From Eledone cirrhosa (Eukaryota), in contig OZ024740.1 of NCBI GenBank assembly GCA_964016885.1, forward strand, positions 168,144,001 through 168,208,000: a stretch of 64,000 nucleotides of DNA, written 5' to 3'. A program made the translations under genes and the position numbers. Below the pieces are notes generated by a model that made no database searches, was not told where the DNA came from, and saw only the letters and a list, made by a program, of their open reading frames with translations. Below, piece by piece: positions 30,121 to 44,842 of this stretch; position 1 is the first letter of the stretch; every line of letters begins with the position of its first letter.

Positions 30121-30408
30121 TAGGAAACCGAATGAATCTCCACTACAGAGTTAAGAACAAAGTAAATAAATACAATACAGAAGTAATAGAAATAAATAAA
30201 TACATACCCGCAAACAAATACGTACATACACAAGCATACGCAAAACACTTACCATAGGTATACAAAACCACGCAAATATAAATATGTGTGTGTGTATGCG
30301 TGTATACAAATAAATAAATAATTAAATAAACGCATATAAATAAATAAATACGTATATAACAAGCGCACACACATACCTATATATATATATATATATACAT
30401 ATATACAC

Positions 30409-30462
<54 letters not shown>

Positions 30463-32010
30463 ACAGGTAGAGAAATATATCTTTTTTCTTTTTATTTATT
30501 TCTCTCTTTTTTCTTGGTTAGAAAATGATTAAAACGAAATATTTTACTTTGTGCGAAGTGTCAAGGTATCAGTTAATTTATTTATTAATTAACAATGGCA
30601 TTTATTTATTTATATATTTAATAATTGTCTATTACCAGTTTCAGCATTTTTATGCATTATCAAATGATAATAATATGTATTGGTGTAGAATGGTGGTGTT
30701 GGACATGTTAAAGAAATGGTGCAGAAAGAATAATATTATTTATAAACAAGGTTTATGAAGTGAAAAGAAAAAAGAAAAAAGGAACGTAATGTGGAGCATA
30801 ATAAGGCAATGTGAAAGAACAAATAATGTTATTTACAGGCATAGTTCTTGAAGATAAGCAGATCAAAATGTGTTAATATAGCAAGAGTGCTTAGTTGATC
30901 CATGATGGAGGCAAATGGTGAACTGGGGTTTGATATGATTTCCCTTTTTAGAGAGTTAATATGCAGGGGGAGGTAATTCAGGGTGGGAGAGAAATGGTGG
31001 ATGGTATTTAATTTATTTAAGAAAAAGGATTAGGTACGGTGTAACTCTTTAGAGAGACATAGGTATTTGTAAATGTTTCATTGTTCGTTCCAGTTTTAGT
31101 TTAGTCCGAAGTTTACTGCATTAAGTAGAGGTTGAAGATAGGATCAAATGAAGATAGGATCAAATCAATCCACGATGAGATTAATCAAAATTATTTTTGA
31201 AAAGCATTAGAAATGCGCAACTGGTAAAACTTAAAACCAAAACTTAATACTAACCAATACTATTACTAATTCTCACTTATTCCTAATTAAACTATTTTTC
31301 ACTGTGGACAATTTGTCAGCATTTTCTATTCCGTTTACCAATATATATATATATATATATGAGACATATCAAGCCTGGAGTCAAAAGATTAAATACATTC
31401 AATGCTATTGCCGTCATGATTGAGGACACGAATTAACTTCTAGTGTTGTAAAACTCTTAAAAATCTCAGAAGACATGCTTTCTTTTACGCAATCATGTTT
31501 ACGATCAGATCAGTCATATGAACAACCATCTCGTAATTGAATGTTAACTGTATATGTTTCAAAAATGGAGAGTGTAAACATATATACCAAAATAAACTTC
31601 ATCTAGACTTTGTAGATAATGAGAGGATAAAACTAAACTAAAACTATAAGAAATACTTTCAGATACAATGTTATTGATTTTATAGTGTGTATGACTCTGT
31701 GTCCACAATAAATACTAAATTGCATTATTTTATTTTCTCTCAGTGTACACACGAAGCATTAAGTTTGCTTTTAATCAGCACAAGGCCTGATATTTTGAGT
31801 AATATGGGTGTCGTTTTATGATTATTTTAACTGATGATTGATAACTAATGCATACCTTAAAAACTTCACAGTGAAATGTTGTTTTGCTTTAATGTTCATT
31901 TATATACTGTGTGTACAGCAGGAGTCGTCAACATCTTACTGACTAATATTAAATTACATTGTGTCTCGAAATATATATATGTAAATGCAATGATGATTGA
32001 TTATGCAGGC

Positions 32011-32065
<55 letters not shown>

Positions 32066-32519
32066 TACAAACGCATTGCACAACTTTCATAGATGGGTCA
32101 AGGACATTAGATTGTAAAGAATTATAATATATTTCCACCGGCAGCTATATATTAGTCTAACTCTGTATTTCACTACTTATACACACAATTGTATGTTTAT
32201 AAAAGGATGTTTTTTTATTGCAGTTTTATGGAAAGTATAAAAGATAGTGCGTTTTCTAGACGGTCACAGCATGCAAATTGGACAATAAATGCTCAAAATA
32301 ACGATAACGAGGTTGTTGGAATGTTAACATGTCATTATTTTCTAAAATTTAATATGCCATTTGTATTGCTGTAGCCCTTAAAAAAACACTGTTTTTATAT
32401 GTTTGTATTTCAGAGTTGTCTGGCAAGTGACCTACTCTTTGACTATGTGTTGAAACTAAAGCAATTACGTCGTAAAAGTGTAATTTTAGCCATTCAAAAA
32501 CACAGACGAAATGTGTATC

Positions 32520-33210
32520 CTTTCAGATTCGACAGAGCTGTGTTCTGTCTCCATCACTTTTCAGTTATGACACTGATTGGATTGCAGAGCAAGCCCCTGA
32601 CGCAAGGCCTTGCTGTTTACGAGGCTTCAATGTCACAAATTTTCAATATGCCGATGACTACAACGATGTTCAATCAACGATGTTCAATTGAACACTTCAT
32701 TGTTTACGGCTTGCATGATGCATTGAAAGTCAATGCAGTCAAAACGAATGTACCAAAGGCACGAAATCCCACATCACCAACAAACGCAAAAGCCTTCCAC
32801 CTTACGGCTGCTCATGCAGAAGGACAGAGACATGCTCCTAGACCAACAGTGTAACACTCTAGTAGTGATATATGAAGCAGAAGTGACCTCTACCAACCAA
32901 AACCATGAAGCTGAAGCCGGGATTTCTGTAGGAATGTTTGAGAGCCGGTATAAAACCGTTTCCTGAACCACAAAACGACGTTCAGACATTCTGACAAAAA
33001 ACATAGCACTCAGCTCGCGAACCGCGTGTTGAACTCAAAGACAAACAGTACATCATGCTCCATTACATAGAGGATACTGGAAGGATCCACCTTGTACGAC
33101 AATGGGGAGAAATTTTGTCAACTTTGTGGGTCTGAGATGTGGAATATATTCTCACAACTGTCATGAAGGAAACGCTGCTTAAATACGCGACTTGACTGCT
33201 TCAATCGTAG
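32520..33210 (+). mobile_element. Decayed RTE-clade LINE RT and C-terminal fragment
   Basis: In a frame not listed in the ORF track: IRQSCVLSPSLFSYDTDWIAEQA..FNVTNFQYADD (RT motifs RQGC.LSP.LF and YADD), followed by NTLVVIYEAE (YG.ETW equivalent). Confidence 0.8.
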
Positions 33211-33536
33211 TCCTCATGAAGCAAACTTTGTTCTAAAAAAATGGTCTAGATCAGATTAATTTAATTTACATTTTTCGACATTTCAAATTAACCCTTGGCT
33301 CCCTGTGAAACACAAGTCACCTATCTTTGTTTTATAGTTACCTTCCTTTTGATTTACAATATTTTTGGTATTTGTCTAATCAAATATTTTCGGGATTCCC
33401 TTCCCTTAGAACTTTCCAATACTTTGTAAAATCTTCAGGGATGGAAGCCATTTTTCTTATTATGACAGGCTGAATGAGTTAGGGTAAACAACCCAACGAA
33501 ACTTAAATGCCTCTATATGTCACTGTTGCAACTGAT

Positions 33537-33662
<126 letters not shown>

Positions 33663-34016
33663 CGTGCGTGTGTGTGTGTCATTTTTTAATAAATGCTGAA
33701 AATGTATGTAAGTACATCCTAGAAATAAATTATTAAAACACCATTCTTATCTTTAATCCCTTCTAAGTGTCAGTAATCAGCATAAACTATAGGGTTTCTC
33801 TCATGCAAAGACTTTATTTATTAAAACTTACGTTTTCTTGTTTGTATGGTTGCTTATAAATCTGGTAATTGGTATATATGGCATACCAATCCTGGAGTCC
33901 AGAAATTAGATACATTCAATGGTATTGCCGTCATTAATGGCGGCACAAGCCCTCTAGAATAGAAATAAATATATATGTATACGTATATATATATATACGT
34001 ATATATATATATATAC

Positions 34017-34178
<162 letters not shown>

Positions 34179-37100
34179 GTATATATATATATATTTAGAG
34201 AGAGAGGGAGAGAGAGAAAGAGAAAGGGGGAGAGAAATGTATGTGTATGTGATGTGAATTCTCTTATTTTTGTCTACATGGTAAACTATATTAACTACCT
34301 ACGTTTCTATGTGTTTATATAACCAAGTGTGTGTGTGAGTGAGAGAGAGAGTGACAGAGAGAGAAAGAGAGAGAGAGAGAGGGAGAGAGAGAGAGAGCTT
34401 GTTAATATGTTCTTTGCCAGCAGAACGGAACTAAAGCACATGTCTTAGTAAATGCCGAGTAAATATGTTTTCATCACACGCAACCGGTACAGTTTGCAGC
34501 TGTCAAGTCCAGAGTTTGTATGCAAATCAAAACACTCAGTAACCAAATCTAATTTCCAATTCAATTTATCTTCAAACATAAATGAATTGCAAATCTTTTG
34601 ATAGCGTTTTCTTCATTTTGTTTTAATGTCTATGTTTATTTTCGTCAATAATATGCTAAACCTTCATCAACAATAACTATGGCGTGTGAGACGGGATATT
34701 GGTAGCGAGTATAATGTAAATGAAATGTCTTACCTGCATGTATTAATTAAATGTAAAATTACAGTAGATTGGGATTAGATTGGTAGAATCTTTCAGACGT
34801 TGTAGGTAGAGGATGGACATTTATATAACTTGCTGTATTACTTACGACTATTTACATTCATGCGTCCATGATTTCAAATCCTACCCGTATCGACGTTGCC
34901 TTTTGTCCTTCCACAATTGATTAAATAATTTCTAGTTCAGTCAGTATCTCTTGGTGTCGTAAACATGATTCCATTCATGGTGAGCTTCATAAAAATGCAG
35001 CAAAATTAAACAGTGAAGATGTGGAAGTAATCCAATGATGACACCAATATATATGGCTAAGAAGTTTATTTCACGAATATCTACGAACGAAGAAGGTAAA
35101 AATGATAGACAAACAACCTTGAACGAAACAATATGTAGTTTGAATGGATGTATTTACAGTAGTAAAGACAGGTCGGCGTGGGGAAAGTAACGCTCGGCAT
35201 GTCCAAGAGTGTTGTAGTCCATGTGTGTACGATTCAGTTTGGTCACACAGAAGTGTGAGGCGTTTCAATATTCCTGGATAAGCAAGTGAAACATCCGGTG
35301 ATTTGCTTTTTCCAGTTGCATCTGAAAACGGAGCAAACCCAATATATTTTCGATTACAAGTTCTTTCGGTATCTAATACAAAAAATGACCTGGAAGGTTA
35401 TAATTACTAACGACGTAATTAGGCCATTTTTCGGCAAAAGTGGCCAACGACTACCCTCCCTTATCGATCTGACGTCACTTTCCCCTCTCACATCTGGTCT
35501 CATAACATATTACACTGCAAGAACGACGTTGAAAAGAAATTTTAAATTTCCGTAATTCAGATTTTTAGAGAAATAATTTATATGTCGAGAGTAAATAAAA
35601 TAAATCGTTTATTTTGCTTTCTTACCTTATGTTCATGTCTTGTCAGTGTTACATTGCTGCCTGTGTCTAAACTGTGAGTTCTAACTCAACACTTAAACAT
35701 TGATTGCACGGTAGAAGTCATAGGTGATTTGCTAGTCTGTTCAACTCCCTCTATGGGAAATACTGCCGCTATCGAACGACAGTGTCTTCAGGGGGAGGGG
35801 GGGTCTCATCCTCGTAAATACCTGGAATCCATAGAGAAACAGATAAGCAATGTCCTCGCGTTTCTTTTCTTTTTTACCTTTTATTTTATTTATATATTTT
35901 TTCCCGTTATTTGGAAATGGATTACTTTAAATCGGTTTTTATTCGTTGTGGTGATGCAAATGTTGATGACATATGTGTTTGACATCAACAATATGAAATG
36001 TGTATAAATAATATAACTAATAATTAACAGACAGTATACATATTTCTATATTGCAGCTTTACTAAATATCTGGACCCGAATGACAGATTTCTTATCTTCG
36101 ATTGCCTTGAAGATGCGTAAGAGGCTGAAGGTAATAATACTTTCTCTCAATTCATGAACTATTAGTCGTGGATGTTGACATTCTACGGTTAGTATTTGAT
36201 ATTCAGAGTTTAACTGTACTAAGTCCAAATTCATCTTTTTTTTTTAATGCTTAGTCAGGGAAAGATAGGCAGCGCCCAGGATACTATATTTTTCAGAACT
36301 TTAGATATAGGTGAGAGGAAGGGAGGAAATTATCCACAAATTGGGGACCGGATCTGAATGCTTGCAACAGAGTGAATTTTGCTAAAGGCACTTCAAAATC
36401 AGGTATGGTTGTTAAACCAGGCAACGGACTAAACCTGTGACCTACGTATTAAGTATGCAAAGAGCCGTGACAAATACCACAAAGCATTCCGATCAACGTT
36501 CTAACAATTCCACGGCCCACTGAACAGGGCTGGTACTTTATTTTATCGACCCTGAAAGGATGAAAGACAAAGTTAACCTGACTTCGGTGTGCATAGAAAT
36601 TAAACTAATATTGTAAAGAAGGTTGCTCCACGCTCTTACAACCTGCCAGTTCGTCTTTGTGAGACTCATAAAACAGTTTACGAAGTAAATAAACATTCTG
36701 ACGTGGACGCATTCATAAGGTTCGTGGCCGATCCCACTGTGTAACGTCTTAGATAAATATAATTTACCATAGCTTCGATTCGACCCAAGACTTGGGAATA
36801 AAATTAGAAGCTTGTCGAATGTACTGTATTTGTTATTCAAAGGGTCCGCCATGTTTCGCAGTGTGTATGATGAATCTCCCTGAAAAATACGTTTAGGATA
36901 CACGTATCTTTGGAAAGCTCAGGCCCGGTAGTTTCACGAGCAGGCTATTACGTTGATCGAACAATTGGAACACTCATCGTCGAAACTGACTGAGGTTCAT
37001 TTCAGATAGTCTCACAGAAATATGATTATATTAATTCTTGTCATGGTTTGGTGCGGGGTAGAGGTGATATATGTAGAATGTTAGGGTTCTTATCCTAAAT

Positions 37101-37467
37101 ATGTAATTTCTCCATTTCATTAAGGTGGAAAGTTATGGTCAACGAGTTGATGGTGACGGTCAAGTTGAAAGCATTCCTCATTCAATGTCATTCGATCCAG
37201 AATCCCCGACTTCAGCAAAGTATTCATACCAAGTGTCGAACAGAAGTGAAAGAGGTAATCGTGATAGTTAAATTTTAACTTTCTTTCGTTTGGCGAGCGC
37301 CATAGAAAAAAGTAACTAGTGATAAGCTTTTTTGAATCTGTTTGAAGCCAACTCTTATTACTTTCACAGTGTATTTCTTTAAAAAAAGACTTGAATAATA
37401 TCACTACGTTTCTCTATAAATTGGTTTTGTTTTGTACTCTCAGTAAAACGGCATTATTTCGAGGTAA

Positions 37468-37773
37468 TCTATATATATAAAACTGAGGATGTCTGTCTGT
37501 GTGTGTGTGAGTTTGAATCTCTAAAACTAGAGAAGCACCCAACCGACTGTTTTCAAACTTTACACATGTAATACGTATGTTTCAGGGAATGTTCTGAGCA
37601 AAAACAATTTCAAATTTTCAATGCCCTAGGGACCACATTAGGCGATTTAGCGATCTCTCTATATAATTCTTAGTTTTTCTCTTTTTAGATAGATACATAC
37701 ATATAACGTCGCGCCTTTATAATATCTGTCTGTATGTCTTGCTGTCAGCATTACGTCACTTCCCTGAGGATGT

Positions 37774-37804
<31 letters not shown>

Positions 37805-38405
37805 AGTTTGAATCCCTAAAACTCGAGAAGTACCCAACCAATTCTTTTCAAACTTTACATGTGTATCACTTATGTTTCAGGGAGTGCTATGCACATAAAA
37901 AAATTCAATTTTTTTTTTATCTCCTAGGGCCCGCATTAGGTGAAAAACTGCGTTTTTTCAGGTTTTTAGGGGTTATTTGAGGCGTTACGTCAGACCGATT
38001 TCCTTGAAATTGTAACTATGTATTAGTCAGTCTCTTCTTCATACCGTGAACAAAGAAAATCCAACGTTTTTATGGCCTAGGGCCCACATTAGGTGAAAAA
38101 CGTCATTTTTTTCAGCTTTTTAGGGGTTTATGGAGGCGTTACGTCTAGCTGCTTTTCCCGAAATTTCAAGGCATATTATGCACAAAAAAAAAGAATTATT
38201 TTCATGATCCCCTAGGGCCCGCATTAGGTGAAAACATGCATTTTTATTGCTTCATCGAGGAAAATCTTAAAGATTATCCAGCCATCAGAGTATTCGGTTT
38301 ATTTTCTTTACATATTGTCCAGGCATGCAGTTTTTCACGATTAGGTCTGTTGGCGACCGCGTTCCAATATACCTTATGCCGTGCAACGCCGGGTACCACT
38401 GCTAG
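37468..38405 (+). mobile_element. Non-autonomous Helitron, copy 2
   Basis: A^TCTATATATATAAAA start, subterminal hairpin GTGCAACGCCGGGTAC, canonical CTAG^T end, inserted between A and T. Confidence 0.92.
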
Positions 38406-39357
38406 TACGATATATTTCTCCTGAAATTAGTCAAGGATTTTATTTTGATTTTTAATTGGAATTATTTCGCGAATTTTTTTGATGAAATTTCATACACCAA
38501 ATCATACAAATATATACGAAATTGATATTATTGTATCTTATGTCTTTGTTGTAGTTACTATTTTAACGTATGTATGTTGTGAGGAACCATTTTTTCCACG
38601 AAAAATCGACCCCTCATTACAGTTCTGATTCTCAATTAGAACAGTTAAACTTACAATGCTACCACCGTCCATAACAAGGGCATGTTAGGTAATATAGTTC
38701 TCAATAGGAATCCTAGGGGAACAGTCACAGACGAAAGATCACAAGCGCGGTAAAGCCACAAAACATAAGTCACAAGAGAAACAAAAAAATTAAATTAAAT
38801 GACAGGAGCGAACTTCACAGGTGAACTAGCCCAATACAGAGTATACATACATACAATTATAAATACACTCTTAACCCTAACCGAAATTTGCGTGCTTTTG
38901 CTGCATTTTTTTTTTTATATGTTTATAGATATGTTTGCACACTTTTAAATAAATTATCTTTTTTATACTATTTAAATAAAATATGACATCTTTCCGTGAC
39001 TTTATTTCCTCCCATTGTATTTCCGTTCATCCTCGATACATATATCTTAAACAAATAAACCGGATAGAAATCCTTTGATTATAGGCTTACTTCATCAGGG
39101 CCTACCTGGAACTAAACAACAATAGCTTATTTTTTGCCTTAAATAAATAAGCTAATTTGTTTGACGAAGCATATGTCCAAATGTTTCAGAGGGGCTATGA
39201 AGTCAATGGTATATATCTTGTATATAACTAGTACTTATTTTATCGACAGCAAAACCATGAAAATCAAAAATTATTATTTTCTTATTTACCTACTTCAGTT
39301 AGACAATGTTTCAGTTTTCCTCTTTTTTTTTCTCTTTTTTTTTCCGTTTTTTTTAAG

Positions 39358-39470
39358 CAATGAATTTTTTCCGAAGAGAACACGGCCAATATACCAATTA
39401 TATAGACAGTAAGACGACATCAAAAGAAGGAGCCACGTTTTTGGCTGAGACAAAGCAACTCAATGACATG
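39358..39470 (+). CDS. Candidate exon A of host gene (possible start ATG at 39360)
   Basis: Long pyrimidine tract plus TTTAAG acceptor. Open frame MNFFRREHGQYTNYIDSKTTSKEGATFLAETKQLNDM. Donor ATG/GTAAAA, phase 0, matches exon B. The donor is weak. Confidence 0.5.
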
Positions 39471-40887
39471 GTAAAAGACATTACTTCTGTTTGCAACAAA
39501 CCATTTGAAGTGTCAATGATCCACTTCACGGTCACTCAAGCTACAAGAAATAGTAACAACATTTTAAATTGCACCCCTCTTTTTCAATAAAAAAAGATAC
39601 ATTGGATAATGTAGCCATTGATGTAATAAAATACGGGATGGTCGGTTGGAATGCTTTTAATCATAAGCTCTACTCCATTAGAGATGATCTGGGGATAAAC
39701 AACAACTACTGCAACAATACACCTGCCAAACACCTTAAATGATTCAATTCGCCTATCTATTAATTACCCAAATACAAAGAGTATGTGTTGTCATAGAAGC
39801 ACTGTGTAATTGGCCAGTGTTGTATCGTTTTTCAAATCTCATCTTAGGCTCCCAGTAGGCAAAAACGGGAATCCATTTCAGTTTATCCCTTCACCCACCA
39901 TACACACGAAAGATCCTGAAATCAACAGGGTTAGTGAGAGTTCAATATATCCATTATACTTTTAATAGTATAAACTAATGTAATTCAACATCAAAAACGT
40001 TTTAGTGTTGTAGGAGAAGAAAACATTTTCAGAACAATATATACGAATATCTATTCGAGGTTATGCGAAACAACGCCCCTCATTGACACTATAGAAGCTC
40101 TGCGAATTGGCACAGTCGTTAGAATAACATCGGGTTGAATGCTTTGCAGTGTTCATTCCGGTTCTCTTCGCTCTGAGTTCAAATCCCGCCGAGGTTAACT
40201 TTCCCTTTCATCCTTCGGAAGTCGATAAAACAAAGTACCCGTCCAAGTACTAGGTTCCATTCTTTTATATCTGTCTCATCTTCTCTCGATAACTATCTCT
40301 ATAAGAAATCGGCTGTGTTCAGACCTAGAGAGGAGATGGACTCCGCTAGGTTTTTAAAATGCCCAGGAAATGCTGTATGTCGCTACAGCGTCCCTACGAC
40401 TCCACGAGGTGTTACGGGTCAGGAAGAAAGATTTACACCACGATGTTTTTCACCAGCTTAATAATGCGGACCAAAATTACTAGTTTTGTGAGCTTTACCT
40501 TTCTTCATGCCGAAGTAAAAAGACTGTGATCTAATCTTAGGCGTTTATTATCAGAACGAGACTATAAAAATGACTACGTTTATTAAATAATTTATCATCA
40601 ATTCTTTTTTCACAGAACGCTATATCTTTCGGGGAGGTAACTCTGTGTAACAACTACCAGAGTTATCCTATTCATCCGCATGGAAGAAAATATAACGGGG
40701 TAGATAAACCAGTTAGAATTGAACCAAACAGGATGTTTAGAGTACAGCAGCCAGCAAATAGTGAAAACAATTTAAAATCAAACTCAACGCCGGTAAGAGA
40801 GAAAGCAAAAATTAAATTATACTGGTGATAGAATGTGATTGAGATGTCTGCGCAATAGTTTAAGTTGCAGTAACGTTCAAACAACTA

Positions 40888-41045
40888 AAGTTTTCACTTC
40901 AATTTATTATAAATTTATAATAAATTGAAGTGAAAACCATCATGCATGTGTTTTTATTGGCAGCATGACCCTCCCAAAGTATAACAATATCTGTTTCAAC
41001 ACACGTTTTCAGATAAGAAATCTTGCAAAACAAATTCAAAAACGA
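40888..41045 (+). mobile_element. Solo fragment of the pLTR of the 7890-9530 Penelope family with terminal palindrome
   Basis: Matches 9400-9530 (CATGACCCTCCCAAAGTATAACAATATC..CACACGTTTTCAGATAA). Begins with palindrome GTTTTCACTTCAATTTATTATAAATTTATAATAAATTGAAGTGAAAAC. Confidence 0.85.
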
Positions 41046-41267
41046 ATTATATTATTTATTACATATAAATTAACGATTTTATCTATTATATATTATTTAC
41101 AATTTGCGTGTAGGCATGTCTCTCTGGAAATAGGGTAGGGGGCGCTGAGTGTATTACATGGCCTTGAGGGAGGGCGGTGGCCCAAAAGGTTTGAGAACTT
41201 CTGTCGTGAACAATGTCATCAACCTTTATCTGTGTGTGTGTGTAAATAGTTATGTATATATATATGC

Positions 41268-41310
<43 letters not shown>

Positions 41311-41667
41311 CTCACAAACAAATAGAGAGATAGTGAGAGGTAACACCGTGGCCAGACAATGATGGCACGAATGAAAATGTTTCAGAACTATTTTCTCAAA
41401 TTATAGCGTTCGTGTTACACACACACACACATATATATATATGAGCACTCATGTACGCACACACATGCACTCACACACATACGCACACACATACACATGT
41501 CCCTGTGATGTTGACAGGGGTGAAAATGAGTTCTGAATACCGAAGTAGAGTTTAAATATCCTTTATTATGGCTAAATAATGAGTCTTGTTACTCTGGACT
41601 TTCACCTGTGTACTCACAGGATCAGCAGCCAAGACACCTATGGTCATTATATATATATATATATATA

Positions 41668-41801
<134 letters not shown>

Positions 41802-41803
41802 AA

Positions 41804-41835
<32 letters not shown>

Positions 41836-41862
41836 CCAAAAACGGTGCTTCATAGAGATAAT

Positions 41863-42048
41863 TGTTTCTACTTTAGGCACAAGGCCGGCAATTATCCAGT
41901 GCATTACTGGTACTTTATTTTATCGACCCCGTAAGGATGAAAGGCAAAGTCAACCTCGGCGGGATTTGAACTCAGATCGTAAAGGGACGTAACTATGCTG
42001 GAAAGCATGGCGTCCGACCCTCTACCGATACTGCCAATCCACCGCCCT
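41863..42048 (-). mobile_element. tRNA-derived SINE, full length, 14 bp TSD
   Basis: Family consensus in reverse. TTCATAGAGATAAT at 41849-41862 and 42049-42062. Confidence 0.94.
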
Positions 42049-42670
42049 TTCATAGAGATAATGTTATGGATACAACATTAATATCTTGTAAAAAAAAAAA
42101 ACATAGAATCAAGCAGAAACATTAAACATGTGTGTGTAATGCATGTCTATATGTGTGTGTGAGCATGTATTATGAATTAAATCCTTGTAAAACACTTAAA
42201 ACAGTTGCCCACTCCTCCACACACGCATACACACACCAATTTATGTTGTATTCATTTCTTATTTTTAATTGTATTTTATGCATTCTAAATAAACAAAAAA
42301 ATATCAGAACGATTTTGTGAGATTCTAGCGTTCGTGTGACAGACGGACAAAATGTCCACTATAGCCATAATGTAGATTATAATGTGTATGTGGGCTTTTT
42401 GATGTTGCTGTTTTGTTTTTCCCAGATAGTAATGGTAGCTTTTATATTTCCAGATAATCAATGCAATTGATACCCAAGTAGCACAAAACAGACATATAGA
42501 CATGAGAAATGGAAAGAATCAATCTGCTCTAGGCCCTGATCAAGGATATCCGAAGGTGATGATTTGAAAGTCCTTATCAAGAAATTTAGGGCAGTATATA
42601 TGTATATAATAAATAACGTGACACAGTGAATTGTGGGGTTTCATTACCGGAGTATTGTCTAAGTATATTA

Positions 42671-43305
42671 CACTGGTCAACAAAATTTTGCTTTTTTCTG
42701 CTGACCAAAGTTTGAGACACTTTTTTTTGAGAAATTTAGGACTGCTGAGTTTTAAAATAACATTAATTTATTTCTATCACGTCAATTTTTTTTTTATCGT
42801 GGGTTGGTTCCTATTGGCCCCACCCATGGCTATAAGAGATAGCACACTGGTCAACAAAATTTCGCTTTTTTTCTACTGACCAAAGTTTGAGACCCTTTTT
42901 CTTGAGAAATTTGGGACTGCTGAGTTTTAAAATGACAATACTTTTTTTTCTATCATGTCAAGTTTTTTTCATCTCTGGGGGGGGGGGGGGTGTACATAAT
43001 GGTCCCGCCCATAGCTACAAGAGATAGCACACTGGTCAACAAAACTTTGCTTTACTTTTTTTTTTTCTGGCCAAAATTTGAGACCACTGAGTTTTATAAT
43101 GGCAATACCTTTTTTTCTATGACGTCAAGTTTTCACTTAGCCAACAAGGAGAGTATACAAAATATACGTGTTTCCTGTGTTTATGGGATACCCGAGCGAA
43201 AGACTGATGTGTTGGGGGGAAATGGATGCCATATTTGAAATCAGCACCTCAAAATTAGCTAAAAACAACAACAAAACCTAAGTCAGCAAAACGTGTTGAC
43301 CAATA
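42671..43305. mobile_element. Non-autonomous DNA transposon, Chapaev3-like, left end triplicated
   Basis: TTA-CACTGGTCAACAAAATTTTGC at left, GCAAAACGTGTTGACCAATA-TTA at right (imperfect TIR, TTA duplication). The left unit recurs at 42845 and 43030. Confidence 0.65.
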
Positions 43306-44146
43306 TTAGTTATCAACTTACTAAATGGTAATTACCGCGCTGCACTTGGGCAATATATAAAGGCTCTATAACTATGGTTGTCGCATTTTACATAACGAAC
43401 AGGATCTACTCACACGTCTTTGTTGAATTTTATGGAGGGACATGGGCATGCAAACAAAAATGCACCCACAGGGAATGGATGCGTAACAAAAGAGTAGAGA
43501 GAGGGGGAGTTGTAATTATATGCTAAATATGTTCACAAATATTGGAAATTTATGTAGAGTTATCTACCTTCTCTATAAGTACAACATAGTTTATAGTTGC
43601 TTCAACCATTGTAGGTTAAACTATATTAGTGAATTTTCAAGTTTCATTTATTATTATTAGAAATTCTTTTAAATATCATCATTTATAATCCCTTCCCTAT
43701 ACCATTAGTATATATATCCCCAATTCAATAATACTTATAAAACCTTAGTTCACGAAAGCCTTTCATCACGTACAAAGTAACCCACGAACAATTTTTACGA
43801 ACATCAAACGTCTCGGACAACAATTGGTGTCTTTAGTAACGAACACACAAGCCGGCAACAACAGTTGGTGACCAGCTGTAAGTACCGGCGAGAAAGCGTC
43901 ATTTGCTGTGTAGTTAGTTACTACGGTGATATCTATCTATCTTTCACACACAACCTCTCTTTCTCACTGTATTCTCTCTCAGCATTTCGTATAGAAAATA
44001 GTTTCGGTATCCGAACATTTCGGATGACGAACGGCCTTCAGGAACGAATTAAGTCGTGAACCGAGGTTTCACTATTTTAGCTTTATCATTAAAAACAATA
44101 CAATATGAAAGGGAAATATAACCAAACATCTTCACTTTTTTAGCAG

Positions 44147-44301
44147 ATTTTAAGAGGATCATCTGAGAGTATTGATATGGAGCACAGACGACATGGTGAT
44201 ACCCATCCAGAGTTAAAGCTAACTCGTCCATATCAGACAAAGGTATCTACAGTTGCTGATGGTGATGATGATCGTCAGAGATTTATCAACAATCCGCAAC
44301 G
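44147..44301 (+). CDS. Exon B of host gene
   Basis: TTTTTTAGCAG acceptor, open frame ILRGSSESIDMEHRRHGDTHPELKLTRPYQTKVSTVADGDDDRQRFINNPQ, donor CG/GTAAGA, phase 2 matching exon C. Confidence 0.7.
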
Positions 44302-44715
44302 GTAAGAGCAAATAAACCTTTAAATTTGTTTATAACTATTTTAATAAGAATGTCCACAATTATAGTCCATTGTTGTAGTTAGTGGGGATCATTGTTGTTG
44401 TTGTGGTGGTGGTGGTGGTGGTGGTGGATGATTTTGTTTTTGTTTTGTTTTGAGGTTGATATTTTTGACTGCTTAAAACGAAAAGACTGGCTTTGGTGCT
44501 CTGGAAGAAATACACGTGATCTTTAAAAACCCTTTTGATACTAAATCGCCTGAAATCGGTCCTGTTTCTATGATACAAAGCTGTTTAGTTTCAAGTGTTT
44601 ATATATATTTAAAAAGCTTCTACAGCATCCAAAAGCATCTTATGGTTCAGAGCATCAATAGTTCAAATTTAAAAATTTGTTTCTCAAACGATATATGGTT
44701 CTTTCTCTTACTCAC

Positions 44716-44777
<62 letters not shown>

Positions 44778-44803
44778 GTAAACTTGACTGTCACCACACA
44801 TTA

Positions 44804-44842
44804 TGAACCTGAAGATTGCGAAAGCATGAAAGTATTTGTTCA
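44804..44842 (+). ncRNA. Minimal hammerhead motif
   Basis: TGAAC-CTGAAGA-T-TGC gaaa GCA-T-GAAA-GTAT-TT-GTTCA. Stem I is a perfect 5 bp. Follows a (CT)n(TA)n tract. Confidence 0.7.

Noticed and set aside
32399-32966. 151 aa and 77 aa ORFs as a host gene
   Set aside because: The recognisable motifs (RQSCVLSPSLF, YADD) lie in other frames and belong to a decayed RTE LINE.
34965-35280. Possible Tc1 DDE remnant or further upstream host exon
   Set aside because: Multiple stops, no clear splice sites or TIRs, and the similarity is too faint.
42671-43100. CRISPR-like regularly spaced repeats (also the Helitron internal repeats at 20135-20440)
   Set aside because: The spacers are homologous to each other, the context is eukaryotic and there are no cas genes. 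These are tandem subrepeats of transposons.
44010-44050. Hammerhead-like CTGAAGG...GAAA on the minus strand (also 55760-55790)
   Set aside because: The core deviates at invariant positions and stem I cannot be formed.
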